From an uncultured Planctomycetaceae bacterium (GTDB taxonomy: Bacteria; Planctomycetota; Phycisphaerae; SM23-33), in NCBI GenBank assembly GCA_964607575.1, contig CAZSLS010000001.1, forward strand, positions 45,316 through 109,315: a DNA stretch of 64,000 bases, given 5' to 3'. A program made the position numbers and the translations under genes. This document shows, piece after piece, positions 44,841 through 54,276 of this stretch. The notes beneath the pieces were generated by a model. It did no database searches, was not told the DNA's origin, and worked only from the letters and a program-made list of their open reading frames with translations. Each line of letters opens with the position of its first letter. Within the stretch, counting starts at the first letter, position 1.

Positions 44841-45467
44841 TTATGGGAGCATTTCCCTGGTTGCTTCTTCTGTTTCGGCGTGGATCGCCCTGGCTCGGGC
44901 CAGATCGCCGGCGGAGGCCATTCTGATTTCGTCGGCCTGGGCGGTGTCGGTCATATTGGGCAGGTTTATCCTGACGTTATAATCGCTCAGCGTGGCGGCC
45001 GCCACTGCCAACGCCCCTGCCGCCAGCAGATCCGTAACGAGCCACTTGTTACACTTGCCCGCCAGTTCCTTCATGTCGACCAGCAGCGCCAGCGCCGCCT
45101 GGGCTGTTTGGCGGGGCACGTCGATGGCCGCGGTGGTAGCTTCGGCGACGGCTTGGGTCTTGTCGTCACCATCGGGCAGGCGATTTGCCTGCTGGTAAGC
45201 TTGGTATGCGGCGATATCCGCGGAAACCAGATCGACGCAGGTGCGGCAGGCGGTATCGAGGCGCTGCTCGAGTTCGGCGTAATAAGGTTCGTGCTCGGAC
45301 AGCGATTTCTTGCCCTTTGAGAAATTCAGCGTCATTTGGCCCAGTGCGACGCCCAGGGCGCCGACCACGCCGGCAACGCTGCCTCCACCAGGAGTGGGGG
45401 CCTTGGCGCCGGTGGCGGATATGAATTCTTCGACCGTGTTCTGCAGGATATCGGGCGTTGATGTCAT
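44841..45467 (-). CDS. Cyclodeaminase/cyclohydrolase family protein (FtcD C-terminal-domain-like)
   Basis: APTPGGGSVAGVVGALGVALGQMTLNFSKGKK is the hallmark N-terminal block of this family. ATGA overlap with the M16 gene. Confidence 0.8.
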   Translation of the reverse strand: MTSTPDILQNTVEEFISATGAKAPTPGGGSVAGVVGALGVALGQMTLNFSKGKKSLSEHEPYYAELEQRLDTACRTCVDLVSADIAAYQAYQQANRLPDGDDKTQAVAEATTAAIDVPRQTAQAALALLVDMKELAGKCNKWLVTDLLAAGALAVAAATLSDYNVRINLPNMTDTAQADEIRMASAGDLARARAIHAETEEATREMLP

Positions 45468-48298
45468 TTGCTTTCGGTGTCCTTCTTGAACAACTCGGGT
45501 TTTGGCGTTGTCACGGCCACGACGTAACCGCCGCTGAGGTACTTCCTGGCGACGCGGTTGACGTCGGCGGGGGTGACTTTACGATAGTAGGTTTCCATCT
45601 TTCCACGGAAATCATATCCGAAGCCGTACAGTTCATCCAGAGCGGCCGCCAATGCCAATTCCGACATCGACTGGCTTCCGAGCAGTTCTGCCGTCAGGAT
45701 GCTGTTCACGACCTCGTCGATTTTTTTCTGGGTCGGTACGTGCCTTGCAGCGCGTCTGTAGTTGGTCTTGATGATCCGGACGATTTTTGGAGCGTTTTCG
45801 GGCTGTCCTGCAGCGTAGGTCATGAAAGCCCCTGGGGCCAGACCCGCCCAGTTGTATGCGTGAACGACGTAGACGAGCTGCTTTCCGCGAAGCTCGGTAT
45901 GAAGCCAGCCCGAGGGAAGGTGATATCCGCTGATGATGGCGTCGAGTACGGTGATAGCGAAGCGGTCTTCGAGATTGGTGGCCTTCATGCCCGGTACCGC
46001 TACGGTGATGGCGGCGACTTTGTTGGTGGTCTTGAGAATGTGCAATTCGCCTTCGGCGGCGACTTTTCTGGGCTTCGGTTTCACGACGTCGAGGCTCCAG
46101 TCGCTGCGTTTGGGCATGTCGCTGAAGAGTTTGGCGACCTGTTTTTTTGCAGCCGCCGCGTCGAAGTTACCGTAAATCGTAAGCACGCCTCGTTTCTTAC
46201 CGACCGGGGCGATGTGTTTGACGTAATAACTGCGGATGTCTTTCGGGGTCGCCTTGGTTACAACTTCGCTGCTACCGGACGAGATCCTCGCGTACGGCGA
46301 GCCGGTGAAAAACTTCGACCGGAAGAACTTCTGGAGTTGCGGGAACCAGCTTTCGTCGGTCTGCTTTATGCTCGCCAGCAGTTTGGGCCTGAGAATATCC
46401 AGCTCACCCTGCTCGAATTTCGGCTTGTTGACGACTTCGGCGAGTATCTCCAGGGCCTTGGCGAAACTGTCGTCCAGCACGGTTGCCTGCCAGTACAGCG
46501 CGTTGTTCCCGCAGTTGCCCGAGATGCTTCCGCCTGCCTCTGCGAAAAACTCGTCGATCTGTTTGGCGGTGAAGTTTTCCGTGCCCCTGGTGGACATTGC
46601 GGTCATCAACTTGCCCATCCCGTTGGTTTTGGGCTCCTCGGCGAGCACGCCTCCTTCGACCGCAAACGCCATCGACACAAGTCCGACGGCGCTGTTGGGC
46701 TGGAGGACCACTTTGAGCCCGTCACCGGCGGTGAATGTCAGCGCCTTGCTCTCGGAGGTCGAGGCTTGCGTGGTGGCCGTGCCGGTAGCTTTCTTCGCGG
46801 GGGGGACCAGCCGCGTGATGACCATTCTGTCGAAGGTGAAGTATTTCTTTGCGACGGCCTGGACCTGTGCGGTGGTGACATCCTGAATGCGCTTTGTGTA
46901 GTTTTTCGAGAACGCCGCGTCGCCGGTTGCCAGGAAATCGGTGGCGATTCCTGCGGCGATATCTTCAGCGGTCTGCTGCCCGTAGACGAGAGCGGCTATC
47001 TTCTGGCGTTTTGCACGTTCGAGTTCATCATCGGCAACGCCTTTTTCGACGACCTTCTTCAATTCTTCGATGATGGCGTTCTCGGCGGCGTCGGCCTTGT
47101 CGGGGTTTGAGCGGAACGAGATGCTGAAGTATCCCTTTCCCCACTGCGGTGTCCACGAGCTGGTCGAGATCGACGTGACGAGTTTCTTGTCGCGTTCGAC
47201 GGCCTGGACGAGCCTGCTTGCCCGACCGCGAGACAGCGCGAAGCTGAGTACGTCCAGGGCGTAGAGGTCGTTGTGGATCAGCGGGATCGTCTGGAATCCG
47301 ATTTGCTGCATGGTGTCCTTCAGTGCTTTATGCACCTGGACGGCGCGGCGGATGTTGGCGGGTGATTTGACATTCGGCAGGATCGTTCGAGCCTGCCTTC
47401 CGCGATCGAAATTGGCCATCGCGCCGCATATCCGCTTGAGTGACGCCTCGACGTCCACGTCGCCGACCACGCAGAAGATCATGTTCTGCGGGATGTACGT
47501 CTTGCGGTGGTAGTCGACGACGTCTTTGTGCGTGACTCCCGCCAGGGCGGGTGCAAAACCGATCACCGGAACGGACGCCGGATGGTTTCCGAATGCGTTT
47601 GCCGCGTTTGCGTACCACATCTGGCGGCTGGGACTGTCCTTGCCCATCTCCAACTCGCGTTGGACCACGCCGTGTTCTCGCAGGAAATCTTTTTTCGTGA
47701 TCGCCGCCTTGCTCATCCAGTCAGAGATCAGATCGATACATTGCATGGTTTTCGAGGAAGCGGCGGCGATGTAATAACACGTGTGATCCAGCGTGGTGTA
47801 AGCGTTTGACTGCCCCCCGATTTCGGCGGTGCGGTTTTTGGTGGGTTTGGCGGTTTTTGAGCTTCCTCCGTCGTGGATCGCCTCACCGGCCACCAGGTGT
47901 TCGAGCAGATGGCTCAGCCCGCATCCGAGCCACTTGCCCTCGTACATCCCTCCGGTCCGCACGTATGCCCTCACGCAGACCACCGGCGCCGTACGCGTCG
48001 GCTTGATTATGACGGTCATACCGTTGGCCAGTTGGGCTACGGTTGCACCATCGGTGATGATCCGCCTGACAACCGGTTGGGCGTTAACGGTGGCGGCGGT
48101 GGTGGTCACGGCGGCGGTGGTGATTTCTGGTGCGTCCGGCGCCTTTGCCTTAGCCGGTTCCTTACCGTTCTTGCCGGCGGCCAGTCGTTCGGCTTGGTTT
48201 TCCAGTTGGGCTTCGGGTGTTTGGCAGCCGATCGCCGCCAACATCGCCACTGTCGCCGCCGCCAGAGTTAGTACTGTAAGCTTCGAGGCCAATCGCAT
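45464..48298 (-). CDS. Secreted double-unit M16 (pitrilysin/insulinase) family zinc peptidase
   Basis: Signal peptide. Inverted zinc motif GLSHLLEHLV (HxxEH). 944 aa, consistent with two M16 active/inactive domain pairs. Confidence 0.85.
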   Translation of the reverse strand: MRLASKLTVLTLAAATVAMLAAIGCQTPEAQLENQAERLAAGKNGKEPAKAKAPDAPEITTAAVTTTAATVNAQPVVRRIITDGATVAQLANGMTVIIKPTRTAPVVCVRAYVRTGGMYEGKWLGCGLSHLLEHLVAGEAIHDGGSSKTAKPTKNRTAEIGGQSNAYTTLDHTCYYIAAASSKTMQCIDLISDWMSKAAITKKDFLREHGVVQRELEMGKDSPSRQMWYANAANAFGNHPASVPVIGFAPALAGVTHKDVVDYHRKTYIPQNMIFCVVGDVDVEASLKRICGAMANFDRGRQARTILPNVKSPANIRRAVQVHKALKDTMQQIGFQTIPLIHNDLYALDVLSFALSRGRASRLVQAVERDKKLVTSISTSSWTPQWGKGYFSISFRSNPDKADAAENAIIEELKKVVEKGVADDELERAKRQKIAALVYGQQTAEDIAAGIATDFLATGDAAFSKNYTKRIQDVTTAQVQAVAKKYFTFDRMVITRLVPPAKKATGTATTQASTSESKALTFTAGDGLKVVLQPNSAVGLVSMAFAVEGGVLAEEPKTNGMGKLMTAMSTRGTENFTAKQIDEFFAEAGGSISGNCGNNALYWQATVLDDSFAKALEILAEVVNKPKFEQGELDILRPKLLASIKQTDESWFPQLQKFFRSKFFTGSPYARISSGSSEVVTKATPKDIRSYYVKHIAPVGKKRGVLTIYGNFDAAAAKKQVAKLFSDMPKRSDWSLDVVKPKPRKVAAEGELHILKTTNKVAAITVAVPGMKATNLEDRFAITVLDAIISGYHLPSGWLHTELRGKQLVYVVHAYNWAGLAPGAFMTYAAGQPENAPKIVRIIKTNYRRAARHVPTQKKIDEVVNSILTAELLGSQSMSELALAAALDELYGFGYDFRGKMETYYRKVTPADVNRVARKYLSGGYVVAVTTPKPELFKKDTESK

Positions 48299-48369
48299 TG
48301 TTCTGCTCCGATTCTGGGAATGTGAATTACCGGGCGCAGATTGCGCCCCGGTATCCGTCTGTGGTCGGG

Positions 48370-48840
48370 TCAGGATTCGGGCCGTTCCACCTGGCCTAGA
48401 TATGCCAGCGTCCGATCGAGTTCGCTCTTGAGATGCCTGACTCTCAGGAGGCTCTTGACTCGCGTGGTCAGTTCGAGGCGGTTGACGGGTTTCGTTATGA
48501 AATCGTCGGTCCCGCTTTCCACACCCCGCTCGATGTCGGTCAGTTCGTTCAGTGCAGTTACCATTATCACCGGGGTGTCGCGTGTCGTGGGATCTGACTT
48601 GATTTTGCGGCAGACCTCGAACCCGCTCATTCTGGGCATCATGATGTCCAGCAGGATGAGATCGGGTCTTTCGGCGGCGACCTTTTCCAGGGCGTCAACG
48701 CCGTCGACGGCCGTGACCACCGGGCATCCGAGTGTCTCGAGGTACGCCACCAGCAGTTCGAGATTCTGCTCGTTATCGTCGACTACCAGGATCTTGCTTT
48801 CGGCTATCCGGGCGTCGCTGTCGACTGCTGTATCATTCAT
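48370..48840 (-). CDS. Single-domain (CheY-like) response regulator
   Basis: ILVVDDNEQNLELL ... PDLILLDIMMPRMSGFEV ... PVIMVTA. AGGAGAG SD before the ATG at 48840; the listed longer ORF start is unlikely. Confidence 0.85.
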   Translation of the reverse strand: MNDTAVDSDARIAESKILVVDDNEQNLELLVAYLETLGCPVVTAVDGVDALEKVAAERPDLILLDIMMPRMSGFEVCRKIKSDPTTRDTPVIMVTALNELTDIERGVESGTDDFITKPVNRLELTTRVKSLLRVRHLKSELDRTLAYLGQVERPES

Positions 48841-48994
48841 GTTACTTCTCTCCTGATTGTCCGGACGGGAATGTCCGGCGGGGCATGGGCTAAGCATACA
48901 CATCCCATCGCGCCAAGGCAATACGGCATTGAGATACTGCCATCGGTGCCGGTGAACTGTTGGCTCGGGCGGTCTGTGCGGATAGTATGTCTGT

Positions 48995-51259
48995 ATGTCG
49001 CGTCTGTTTGAAGAACCTGAGAGTCCCGCGCCCGCTGCGACCGGCGTCGATAGCGGTCGGGCGGTCGTTGGCGTTGCGGTGGCTGCCAATGTGTGGGGCG
49101 ATTACGATTACATTTGGCCTGAGAGGTTCGGTCCGCCGCAGATCGGTCAGCGCGTGCGGGTATCCTTCGGGCGGGGGGGGCGAATGACCACCGGGGTTGT
49201 CGTGCGGACCGAAGGGGCCCCCGGCGATCGGAAACTCAAGGTAGTCGGCGAACTGATCGATACCGAATCGCAGTTCGACTCCGTCAGGTGGGAACTCGGT
49301 CAGTGGATCAGCCGCTACTACCTGAGCCCGCTGGGGATGACGCTTGGGGCGATGATTCCGTCGGCCGTCGGAAAGCACGCACCGCGAACCGAGACGGTGG
49401 TATTCCTGCAGGGCGGTCCGAAAGACCTCGCCCAGGCGCTGGGTGCGAGGCAGAAGCGCGTCCTGGACGAATTGCTGGAGGCACGCAGGCAGGGGGTCCA
49501 GCCGCTGGGACTCCAGGGCCTGATGAAGCACAGCGGCGCTTCGCGCAATACGATCGGGCGTTTGAAAGCACGCGGGCTGATCAGGACCGAGTCGAGACCC
49601 GTTCGGATAGATAATCTCGATTCGACCGACATGGAAGATGACCCCATCGAGCCCAACGATCAGCAGCTTGCTGTGCTGGCGGAGATCGAGGCCCGGTTGG
49701 GCGGCGGGTTTTCAGCGATGCTGCTGCATGGGGTAACGGGCAGCGGGAAGACCGAAGTTTACATCCGGGCCATCCGCCAGGTTGTGGCGGCCGGGCAGCA
49801 GGCGATTGTACTCGTACCGGAGATAGCCCTGGCGACCCAGACCCTCCAACGTCTCGTGCGGCGCCTTCCGCGCGTGGCTGTCCTCCACAGCGGTCTTACC
49901 GACGCCCAGCGTGCGTTTTACTATCAGCAGATTCGCGACGGGCACGCCGCGGTAGTGGTTGGCCCGCGCAGTGCGGTTTTCGCCCCGACCGCGAAACTCG
50001 GTCTGATCGTGGTCGACGAGGAGCACGAATCGTCGTACAAGCAGGACTCCGTACCCCGCTACCACGGTCGCGACGTTGCGGTAATGCGGGCATCGCTCGA
50101 AAAAGTTCCGATTGTTCTGGGATCGGCCACGCCGTCGCTGGAATCGCTGCACAACGCCCGCCGGAAGCGTTACCAGTTGCTGAGCCTTCCCCAGCGCGTG
50201 CGGTCGCTGCCCATGCCGACCCTGAAAATCGTCAATCTGCGACAGGAGATCAATCCCCGAAAGGTCGAGTTGATCGGACGGACGCTCACCCAACAGCTCG
50301 CCGCGGCGCTCGATGCGGGGCACCAGGCGATCTTGCTGATGAATCGCCGCGGATTTGCGAGCTTCGTGTTCTGCCCCCACTGCAAGTGGGAACTTGGCTG
50401 CGAGAACTGCACCCGCCCGATGGTGTTCCACCAGGCGACCGAAATGGCCGTCTGCCACTACTGTCAGGGCACAGTCGGTCTCCCCGCTAAATGCCCCGCC
50501 TGCGGGGGCAAGCTGCTGCTGTTCGGTATGGGCATCCAGCGCGTCGAGGACGAACTTGCCCGCAAGTTTCCCGAGGCGAAATTTGCCCGCGTCGATTCAG
50601 ACACGATGACCTCGCCCAAACAGTTCAGGAAGGTCTTCGAGGAATTTTCATCCGAGAGGCTCGATATCCTCCTGGGCACGCAGATGGTGGGCAAGGGGCT
50701 GGATTTTCCGGGCGTCTCGCTGGTTGGCGTGTTGTCGGCCGACACGGCGCTGCGAATCCCGGACTTCCGCGCCGCCGAGAGGACGTTCCAGCTTATTGTC
50801 CAGGTGGCTGGACGCGCCGGACGCTCAGATCTGCCCGGGCGGGTCGTCGTACAGACCCTGCATCCTGACGAACCGGCGATCATCTTCGCGACCAACCACG
50901 ACTACAACGGTTTCGCCGAAATCGAGATGTCTCAGCGCGCCGAAGCTCATCTACCGCCATTTGCACGGATGATTCGTTTTATCGTTCGGCACGCCAAGGC
51001 CAACAAGGCCCAGGACGGCGCCGGCGAACTGGCGAGATCGCTCGGTGTGATACTGCCCCCCGACAAGGTCTCGATTACCGGCCCGCTCCAACCGGACATC
51101 GTCAAGTTGCGCAAAATGTTCCGCTACGAGATCACCGTAATACCGTCGTCCGGACCGGTCGGCTGGGTTCAGAAACTGCTCTATCCGCAGATGGCCTCGA
51201 TATGCCGCAGCAATCCGGCCGAAGTGGTGATCGATGTTGACCCGATGAACCTTATGTAA
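48995..51259 (+). CDS. priA: Primosomal protein N' (replication restart helicase)
   Basis: Walker A GVTGSGKTEVY, DEEHE box, Cys-rich zinc region CPHCKWELGCENC...CHYC...CPACGG. Confidence 0.9.
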   Translation: MSRLFEEPESPAPAATGVDSGRAVVGVAVAANVWGDYDYIWPERFGPPQIGQRVRVSFGRGGRMTTGVVVRTEGAPGDRKLKVVGELIDTESQFDSVRWELGQWISRYYLSPLGMTLGAMIPSAVGKHAPRTETVVFLQGGPKDLAQALGARQKRVLDELLEARRQGVQPLGLQGLMKHSGASRNTIGRLKARGLIRTESRPVRIDNLDSTDMEDDPIEPNDQQLAVLAEIEARLGGGFSAMLLHGVTGSGKTEVYIRAIRQVVAAGQQAIVLVPEIALATQTLQRLVRRLPRVAVLHSGLTDAQRAFYYQQIRDGHAAVVVGPRSAVFAPTAKLGLIVVDEEHESSYKQDSVPRYHGRDVAVMRASLEKVPIVLGSATPSLESLHNARRKRYQLLSLPQRVRSLPMPTLKIVNLRQEINPRKVELIGRTLTQQLAAALDAGHQAILLMNRRGFASFVFCPHCKWELGCENCTRPMVFHQATEMAVCHYCQGTVGLPAKCPACGGKLLLFGMGIQRVEDELARKFPEAKFARVDSDTMTSPKQFRKVFEEFSSERLDILLGTQMVGKGLDFPGVSLVGVLSADTALRIPDFRAAERTFQLIVQVAGRAGRSDLPGRVVVQTLHPDEPAIIFATNHDYNGFAEIEMSQRAEAHLPPFARMIRFIVRHAKANKAQDGAGELARSLGVILPPDKVSITGPLQPDIVKLRKMFRYEITVIPSSGPVGWVQKLLYPQMASICRSNPAEVVIDVDPMNLM

Positions 51260-51282
51260 TCAGCGCAACCGAGAAGAGCCCC

Positions 51283-52020
51283 ATGCCACACGAACCGATG
51301 ACTGCATCGCAGGTCGCAACTTACCTGGCGATGGATCTGCGCGAAGTGGTAAAGCTCGCCTCACGCGGGCAGATCCCCTGCAGGAAGCTCGGTGGTGATA
51401 AGTCCCCAAGCGACAGGTTTCGATTCATCAAGAGCGATGTTGACCATTGGATCGAGAATCAGATGCACACTCTCAACCGTCAGCGGTTGGCCAGTATTTC
51501 AAAGGCGGTGAGCGATCACCACGGTCTGGACGCCGAGGGGATGCTTCTTTGTTCGAGCATTCCCGAAGGTGGTTTGGACGTGCCGATGCATGCTCGCACC
51601 CGCGAGGCCACTATCCGCGAACTCGTTGACGTCGCCGATCGTGCGGGGATGGTCCACCTCAAGAGCGACCTCCTCGACGAAGTGCGCGAGCGTGAAGACG
51701 TGTGTTCGACGGCTTTGATACCCGGAGTAGCCCTTCCGCATCCGCACCACCCGGTGGAATACGATATTGTCGAGAGCTTTGTGGTTGTCGGCCTGACGCA
51801 TTCGGGGATACCGTTTGGGGCGCCTGACGGTTCGTTGACGCGTCTGTTCTTCCTGGTATGCTGCAAGGACGAGCGCACGCACCTGCACCTGCTGGCGAGG
51901 TTGGCGCAGATGCTTCACACGCCTGGAGTATTGGATGAACTGATGGGCGCCGACGGGCCCGAGGAACTGATGAGTACCCTGCAGAATTGCGAAAGAACAA
52001 TCGTCAGCGCCCAGAGCTGA
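51283..52020 (+). CDS. Excisionase-type HTH fused to PTS EIIA(Ntr)-like domain
   Basis: N-terminal MTASQVATYLAMDLREVVKLASRGQIPC (HTH_17-like). EIIA type-2 region with GVALPHPHH active-site His motif. Confidence 0.8.
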   Translation: MPHEPMTASQVATYLAMDLREVVKLASRGQIPCRKLGGDKSPSDRFRFIKSDVDHWIENQMHTLNRQRLASISKAVSDHHGLDAEGMLLCSSIPEGGLDVPMHARTREATIRELVDVADRAGMVHLKSDLLDEVREREDVCSTALIPGVALPHPHHPVEYDIVESFVVVGLTHSGIPFGAPDGSLTRLFFLVCCKDERTHLHLLARLAQMLHTPGVLDELMGADGPEELMSTLQNCERTIVSAQS

Positions 52021-52039
52021 AGCTGCGAGAATCGAAAGC

Positions 52040-53005
52040 GTGAAGAACGACTCGGACAACCTCTTCGATACCGACTTTCTGGCCAGGCTGGAACGCCTAC
52101 ACCTGATCGCCAAACGCATTTCCGGCGGTACGGTGGGAGGTACCAGGCGTTCGAGGCGACTGGGCGACGGGCTCGAGTTTGCCGACCACCGCGACTACGC
52201 GCCGGGAGACGATACTCGTTTCATCGACTGGCCGTATTACGCCAGAATGGAAAAGCTCCTGATTCGCCTGTTCCACGAGCACAGCGAGTCGACGGTGGTG
52301 GTGGCGTTGGATTGCTCCGGATCGATGGCGCCCGGCGGGACTTCCGCGAAGTTTGACTATGCCCGCCGTACTGCCGCGGCGCTTACGTATGTGGCTATGG
52401 GGGCGCTGGACCGCGTGGCGCTGGCGGCGTTCGGCGGCGAGATCGGCGCGGGCGACACGTTTCACGCCGGTAGAAACCGCGGTCAGATCGCTGGTGTGTT
52501 AGATTACCTGCGGGACTTGTTGGCGGGGGGGGCGACGGATCTCGCCGGCAGCATCAAGCGGTTGTCGCAGTTGGCCAGGGGGTCCGGGCACGCCGGTTCA
52601 ATCGCTCCCGGCGCCGGCGACTCCGCGGGGACAATCCTGCTTATCTCCGACCTGTTGGACTGCCCGGGCGATCTGGACGGGGCACTGGGACAACTGCAGA
52701 CATCCGATCTTGCCGGGAGAAGGGACGTTACCGTAATCCACCTGTTTAGCCCGGTCGATGCGCGGGGCGAGGACCTTGCCAAGGGCCCGATGATGTTCCA
52801 GCACGCCGAGACCGACCGCAGGATGCCCCTATGGTTGACCGACGAAGTACTCGAAGCATACCGCCGCAAGTGGGGCGAGTTCCAGGACCACTGCCGCAAA
52901 ATCTGCCTCTCGCGCGGGGCGACCTATGTATCGGCCTGCACCGACATACCGTTCGAGCAACTGATTCTGACGACCCTGAAACGCGCCGGGGTACTGGCGC
53001 AATAG
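52040..53005 (+). CDS. DUF58 domain protein (vWA-like, MoxR-system associated family)
   Basis: FADHRDYAPGDDTRFIDWPYYARMEKLLIRLF is the DUF58 signature. GTG start. Confidence 0.8.
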   Translation: MKNDSDNLFDTDFLARLERLHLIAKRISGGTVGGTRRSRRLGDGLEFADHRDYAPGDDTRFIDWPYYARMEKLLIRLFHEHSESTVVVALDCSGSMAPGGTSAKFDYARRTAAALTYVAMGALDRVALAAFGGEIGAGDTFHAGRNRGQIAGVLDYLRDLLAGGATDLAGSIKRLSQLARGSGHAGSIAPGAGDSAGTILLISDLLDCPGDLDGALGQLQTSDLAGRRDVTVIHLFSPVDARGEDLAKGPMMFQHAETDRRMPLWLTDEVLEAYRRKWGEFQDHCRKICLSRGATYVSACTDIPFEQLILTTLKRAGVLAQ

Positions 53006-53125
53006 GCGCCGGTTACCGGGGATCAATTCCAAGAAGTTTGAGCATCTCGCCGGATAAAGGTGTATAGTACACCGCGGTAGACGCCAGGTGGCCGCCGGAA
53101 GCCTGCGGCCGGGGAGTGTCCTGTT

Positions 53126-54256
53126 ATGAAAGCAACGACATTGTGGTTGCCGTTGATAGTCATAGGGATCTTGGTCTGGTGTGGAATCCTCTTTTTCGGT
53201 CCGGATATAGCAGGACGCATTTCGTATGCCTACGAATCGGCCCGGCAGCGTGCCATAATCGAGAACCTGCCTGAACTCAAGCAGGCCGATCAGCTTTCCA
53301 CGCTGTTTCGGGAAGTTTCAAAGGCCGTAAAACCTGCCGTTGTCGAAGTGCGCGTTTTGCAGGAGGTCGAGTCCGAGGGGCGGAGACTTCCCCGGCGGTT
53401 GGAAGGCGGGGCTATCGGCAGCGGGGTCATCGTGGACCACAAGAACGGTTACGTCGTGACTAACGACCACGTGATTTCCGGAGCGGACAGGATAACCGTC
53501 GTACTCGCTGACGGGCGAAAACTCATCGCCCAATGGGTGCGGTCCGACAGGATGACGGACCTGGCGATCATAAAGATATCTCCCGACAAGCTTCTGGACA
53601 TCCCACTGGGCGACAGCGACAAGATGGAGGTTGGTGACCTGGTACTCGCAGTCGGTTCGCCGATCCGACTGCCCCAGACCGTGACGTCCGGTATGATATC
53701 GGCCAAGGGACGAATGTACGGACGGTCCGACAAGTACCAGAACTATCTCCAGACCGATGCGGCGATAAATCACGGAAATTCCGGCGGACCGCTGATCAAT
53801 ATGGACGGTGAGATCATCGGGATTAACGTGGCTATCGTTTCGCCCTCGGGCACGAGTGCGGGACTTGGACTGGCGATACCTTCGAACAGGGTAAAACGCG
53901 TCACCAGGCAACTCATCGAAGACGGAAAGGTGACGCGCGGTTTTATCGGGCTGGCGTTCAGGGCGATTGACCAGGAGACCGCCACGAAACTTAAGCTTCC
54001 CCACGCCAAGGGCGCCCTGGTGATAATGGTTGCTCCCGGCGGTCCGGCCGATCTGGCTGGAATCAAGGATGGCGATTTTATCCTCTCTGTTGATTCGCAG
54101 ACCATCGCCAACAGTCAGGAATTCCGCCATATTGTAGCCGATATCAGCCCCGGGACGACTATCCCCATAGAACTATACCGAGACGGCGAGACGATGATCC
54201 TGTCTGTCAAGATCGTTCTCCAACCTGAGAATATGTCCGACGCGTTTCGCCCCTGA
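53126..54256 (+). CDS. HtrA/DegP-family serine protease with one PDZ domain
   Basis: Catalytic triad context TNDHV, D(L)AIIK, GNSGGPL. C-terminal PDZ (GALVIMVAPGGPADLAGIKDGDFILSV). Confidence 0.9.
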   Translation: MKATTLWLPLIVIGILVWCGILFFGPDIAGRISYAYESARQRAIIENLPELKQADQLSTLFREVSKAVKPAVVEVRVLQEVESEGRRLPRRLEGGAIGSGVIVDHKNGYVVTNDHVISGADRITVVLADGRKLIAQWVRSDRMTDLAIIKISPDKLLDIPLGDSDKMEVGDLVLAVGSPIRLPQTVTSGMISAKGRMYGRSDKYQNYLQTDAAINHGNSGGPLINMDGEIIGINVAIVSPSGTSAGLGLAIPSNRVKRVTRQLIEDGKVTRGFIGLAFRAIDQETATKLKLPHAKGALVIMVAPGGPADLAGIKDGDFILSVDSQTIANSQEFRHIVADISPGTTIPIELYRDGETMILSVKIVLQPENMSDAFRP

Positions 54257-54276
54257 TTATCGTTGTGGACCGTATA

